Shown: piece by piece, positions 58,794 through 64,000 of the stretch
How the letters are laid out: each line of letters starts with the position of its first letter
How positions within the stretch are numbered: position 1 is the stretch's first letter
Notes under the pieces: generated by a model
What the model was told of the DNA's origin: nothing
Seen by the model: the letters and a program-made list of their open reading frames with translations, nothing else
Databases searched by the model: none
From: the human T2T-CHM13v2.0 reference genome, Homo sapiens
NCBI RefSeq assembly: GCF_009914755.1
Contig: NC_060928.1
Reading direction: 5' to 3' (one strand)
Length of the DNA stretch: 64,000 bases
Program-made: the position numbers and the translations under genes

Positions 58794-58900
58794 TCAAAAT
58801 TTGCTGTGCGATGTCACAATTGTGGCAGAAGACATGGAAATTTCTGCTCATAGAGTGGTGCTGGCCGCCTGTAGTCCTTATTTTCATGCCATGTTTACAG
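58794..58900 (+). CDS. KLHL2: KLHL2 exon 3 (107 nt; [36 protein letters not shown]), start of BTB/POZ domain
   Basis: Acceptor ttttctctctgctttttacacag at 58793; donor ACAG|GTATGA at 58901; canonical BTB motifs LCDV...[13 protein letters not shown]; frame continuous with exon 2. Confidence 0.97.
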
Positions 58901-61094
58901 GTATGAAATATTTTAGTTATAGGCATTTTAAAAAATGTATTCAGATCTGTGCTTTTCTTACCACATTTTCTTTTGTTATTGACATTTTACTTTTATGAAA
59001 TGAAGAATTATAGTGGAAGAAAATGTTCTTGCTTTGTTCCAAATTCCTCCTCGTCTTTGTTTTGCATTGTTGGAGGTCAGTAAGCCTATACATAGGTACA
59101 CTCACAATTTTATGCTCAACTTTCTCCCTGTAAGTTATACTTATGTATATTAGTTTCTGCCATTTATAATAGCTTTTTGGCACTTTATTATTTTGACAAA
59201 AGGAAGCCACTTTACATTTTTTAAAATGATTTTTACATTTGTTTCATCCAGTGTTACATTGAACAAAAAGATGTTTATTTAATATCCTTCATTTGGAAAT
59301 ATAAGAAAATAAAGCGATTTATCTACAAGCTCATGTTCTACTTTGGCAACTGTGAAAATATATAGAATGATTTTAGTACTTCTGGAAAAGAAGTAATTTA
59401 TGTCTGTCACACTTGAATCCCTTACTCTCATTCTTTTTTAAAATATACTGTACAAAGAAACGAAGTTTTTATCTGTTACATCAATGAGTTTATAATCTTA
59501 GGGTATTGGTATGCCAAATAGAAAATACAAATAGAAATGTAGTTATACCAAAAAGCAAAAATACAAAGCTCTTCTTACTTTAGAAACTATTAAGTATTTC
59601 TGGTGCTACTGTTTTACTAGATACTTCAAGGCATACAAAAACAATGTGAACAGCTTCCTGCCCCAAAAGCTTCCTGTGTAGCTAGGCAGATGGATGTGCA
59701 CCCTTTAATAGGTAATAGTGTATGGAAGATCTGAGTGCTCACAGCAGTGGTCAGACGTTGACGGCTGTGATGGGCAGCACTGAGAGAAGGATTTCCCCAG
59801 ACCTGATGGATTGAGGGGTTTACACAGATGAAGATGAGTGTAGAAGGTCAGATGGAGAAGACAGACTGAGTGAAAACTTTTCTGGGTGTCTTGGGAGTAG
59901 TGAGGAGACCAGAGCCCCGCTCAGTTTTCAGCCTTTTATGATCTTGCTCTTCCAGAACAGAGTTAAATAATCAGGAATGAAGAAGGATAGCAGGTGGGCT
60001 CTGAGCCAAGTTTGGGAGGGTTGCCTTTCAGCTGAGAGCTGAGGTTGATCTGAAAAGTCAATACCCGTGAAGTGAGACTAGTCAGATTTTTATGTCTTGG
60101 GGTTCACTCTAGTCTCTTCATTTACATCTTATTTATTACTGCTGGACACTTTTCTAGAGAGAGAGAGTCTCTAAGGCTTGTAAGAGAAGGATTCGATCTG
60201 GAATGTGTTGGGCTACTTTAGGAATTACCTTGTAAAGTGCTGTCCCCTTGGTGGCCTTCCTTCAGATGACACTGCTGTTGCCACTTACTTGTTGGAACTA
60301 CTAGGTCTTTGGAAAACTTAATCTGTGCTTCAGTTTCCCCATCTGGAAAATGGGAATAATAATATTACCCACATCCTAGAGTTTTTGTAAAGATTAAATG
60401 AGATCATATGTGTGAATTTCTTAGCACTTGACGCATAGAAAATGATCAGTTAATTTTGACAGTAATTATTATGGTCATCATCACCATTCTTTTTTACTCT
60501 AACTTCCTAAATTTCTTTATATTCTGTACAAGATTGGAAAGCTTTAAGCTAGGCTCTTTTTTTTTTTTTGATAAATGTTTTATTGTCCACAGAGTGACAA
60601 AAATAGAGTGATTAACTTACACCTGTAAGATCAAGGTTAGTTTTCTTTCCCCTCAAATGGCTTTGGAGACTTAGTGTCTCCAAACTCCCTGAGCCTTAGA
60701 CATCCAGTGAAATGGATGCTAGGTGGAGATAGGAGAGCTTATTATGTTTTTAGCTCTCTTTTCTGTTTGCTTTATAATCTAAACTGCATTTCAGTTTCCC
60801 TCTTCTGTTTTTGTCTAATGGTTCTCTATGCTTCATGATTTAGCTGACGTGGTTTATGAATATGTGAGCTTTGCCTAATGAAGGGAATGAGGCATTGAAG
60901 ACATTCTGATTTTCTAAGTATTTATAGTGTATTACAACTAACTAGTAGGTAGGTGCTTTTGCAGTTCAACTGGTTTCTGTCTGAGAATATACCTTTTATG
61001 CTTAGCCAAATTTTAGATTGCTATGCGCTAAAGTACTTGAAAATAGGAATACTATGTTAATTTCTGGCACATATACAAAATGTGAATTGAGTAC

Positions 61095-62030
61095 CTAACT
61101 TTTTTTTTACTAGTTTATTGAGGCATATTTTATATATCATAAAATTTACTCATTTCAGGGCTGGATGCAATGGCTCACACCTGTAATTCCAGCACTTTAG
61201 GAGGCTGAGGCAGGTGGATTGCTTGAGGGGTTCAAGACCAGCCTTGGCCACATGGTGAAAACCCATCTCTATCAAAATATAAAAAATCAGCTTAGTGTGG
61301 TGGCACTAGTCTATAGTCCCAGCTACTCAGGAGGCTGAGGTGGAAGGATCACTTGAGCCTGGGAGGCAGAGGTTGCAGTGAACCAAGATGGTGCCATTGC
61401 ATGCTAGCCTGGGTGACAGAGTGAGAAAAAAAAAATTACCTATATTAAGTGCACAACTCACTGATTTTTAGCAAATTTACTGAGTCGTACTGCCATCACC
61501 ATAAATCAATTTTAGAACATTTTTGTTCTCACATAATGTTTTTGAGGTTCATCCGTGTCATAAATGTTTCAAAGGAAGGTTTGCTGTTCTTATTGCTAAA
61601 TAGCATTCTCTGTGGATAGACTGCTTTTGACTTTCCATTTACCAGTTGATGGATGTTTTTGTGTTGTTTCGATTTTTGGCTATTATGAATAATACTGCTA
61701 TGAATATTCATGTGCAGTTCTTTGTGTGGACATATATTTTTATTTCTCTTGGGAGTAGATATCTAGGAGTGTAATTGCCGGGTCACATGGTAAATTTATA
61801 CTTAAAAAATTCTGCTAAGCTGTTTTTCCAAAGTTACTGTACCATTTTACATTCCTACTAGCAATGTTTGAAACTTCCTATTTCTCCACATCCTTGCCAA
61901 CACTTGGTACCGCTTTTTAAAAAATTATAGCCCTTCTAGTGGGTGTTGAAGTAGCATAGTATTGTAGTTTTAATTTGCATTTTTCTAATAACCAATGATG
62001 TCAAGCATCTTTCTATATGCTTATTATTTA
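61095..62030 (-). mobile_element. L1MB-type 3' fragment split by an Alu (61159-61435, +)
   Basis: TTTATTGAGG..TTTGGCTATTATGAATAATACTGCTATGAATATT..CTCCACATCCTTGCCAACACTTG. Confidence 0.85.
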
Positions 62031-62163
62031 GGCTAAACTTTTATGGTTTTTCAGCAGTAGATGTTATTTGACTTTTTAGCAATCTTTGTACTGTTTTTTT
62101 TCTTCTACTTTTGAATCTACTGTTTAGCCAACAATTTGGCAGAAATTAGATAAGATAAAGGCC

Positions 62164-62755
<592 letters not shown>

Positions 62756-63809
62756 GACACGGGGATTGGGTCTAGGTAATTTAGTGTATGTAGACTCATT
62801 TAAGTATTTGCCAGAGTATGAGTACTTTGTTTCTTTGTTTTTCATGGTCTGAAACCCTGTTAAGCTTTTTTTTTTTTTTTTTTTTTTTTTTTGGTAAAAA
62901 TTATGGTGAGGTTAACAAGTAGACCATTGGATGCTTTCATTCCACCAAACATCATGTACATTTACATTCTCTTGCTCAGGGACAGGGAGTTTCCCTACTC
63001 TTCTTTTGTTTTCCTGTGACTAACCTATTAGGAAATGGGGAATATGCAGATGTTCTTTGTTGGGTCTTACTTTTAATCTCATAAACTGTAGGTGAAGTTT
63101 TCATTTAAATTATGTCACCTAAGAAATAATTCTGTTACTCGTCATAGTTCCAAGTATTTGAGTAGAGAAGGGAAGTGAAAAGTAATTCTGTGAAGTAGTC
63201 ACAGGGTTTTACTTTGTGAAGTATGGGCCTATTTAGAGCAAGGCCAAGTTGTTTAACTGTTACTTAAGAAAGAACATACCAAATTGGGTTCTCGTGTTTT
63301 TAGATTACTTCTTGGTTACAAATGTGGCATTTAGAAAGCTGTTTGCTTAACACATACTTTGAGATTTATTTGTGCCACAGGCTAACATTTCTGAAATCTG
63401 GTGGGAAGTACTGAATACTAAATTTTTATTTTTAGCCTTTTTTTTGGTGTGCTTTTTGATTTCTTTTGTCATATTGAACATGATTCAGTAAAATAAATTA
63501 GAATAGGAAAAGACAGATTATTGTTTGAGTGACTAAGAAGTAAGATTTTAAAAAGCTATATACATGGTTATGTTTGTCTAAGATTCATGCTTTCATTCAT
63601 CAAGGAATATTTATTGAGAATCTTCTCTGCTAGGCATTGTCCTAGGCTTTGGGGACTAGAGTGATGAATAAAACAGATAAGTTCCTGTTCTCATGATTAT
63701 AGTTAGGAAGAAGAAGAAAGGTTAGACAGTAAGTAAACACACAAAAGATAATTTCTGATATTGATGATGGCTCTGAAAAAAATTAAATAGAATGTTGCAC
63801 AAAGAACTT

Positions 63810-64000
63810 AAGTTGGAATGCTTTAGGCTGCCTGTAACAGCAAATGCCACTCAAACTGGTTTAAATACTAAGAAAGCAGGCTGGGCACCAGACATGATTG
63901 GATCTACAGCTTGAAAATTTCATCAAGAATCTTCTTCTGTCTCTCTACCCTTCTATCCTCAATAAAAATATCCTAAGGTTTGTTCCTCTCCTAAATGAAA
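63810..64000 (-). mobile_element. Probable old MaLR/ERVL LTR fragment
   Basis: GCTTTAGGCTGCCTGTAACAG..ACTCAAACTGGTTTAAA resembles ancient MLT1-type termini. Confidence 0.5.

Noticed and set aside
58801-58998. ORF-track calls 58801-58998 and 49898-50110 as standalone genes
   Set aside because: They are KLHL2 exons 3 and 2 read through into intron; the true limits are set by splice sites.

Overview
Primate genomic DNA, almost certainly human, covering the 5' end of KLHL2 (Kelch-like 2/Mayven, a BTB-BACK-Kelch CUL3 adaptor) on the + strand plus about 37 kb of repeat-rich upstream sequence. The gene portion comprises a CpG-island promoter (~37.2-38.1 kb), coding exon 1 (METPPLPP), an alternative first coding exon at ~40.1 kb (MVWLEARPQILF), exon 2 (49921-50046) and exon 3 (58794-58900, start of the BTB domain), all with GT-AG boundaries and compatible phases; the gene continues beyond the window. 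The rest is Alu, L1, L2, MIR, MaLR/ERVL LTRs (including a full-length two-LTR THE1B), hAT MITEs and an HSMAR2 mariner fragment. Nearly all supplied ORFs are repeat- or GC-derived noise. I found no prokaryotic-type system, RNA gene or CRISPR array, and no clearly new biological system. The best leads are regulatory: a three-uATG leader with a strong-Kozak overlapping ORF that the alternative first exon would bypass, and an Alu-free first intron with QKI-type motifs around exon 2. Repeat names come from recalled consensus sequences, and repeat boundaries are approximate unless a target-site duplication (TSD) is quoted.
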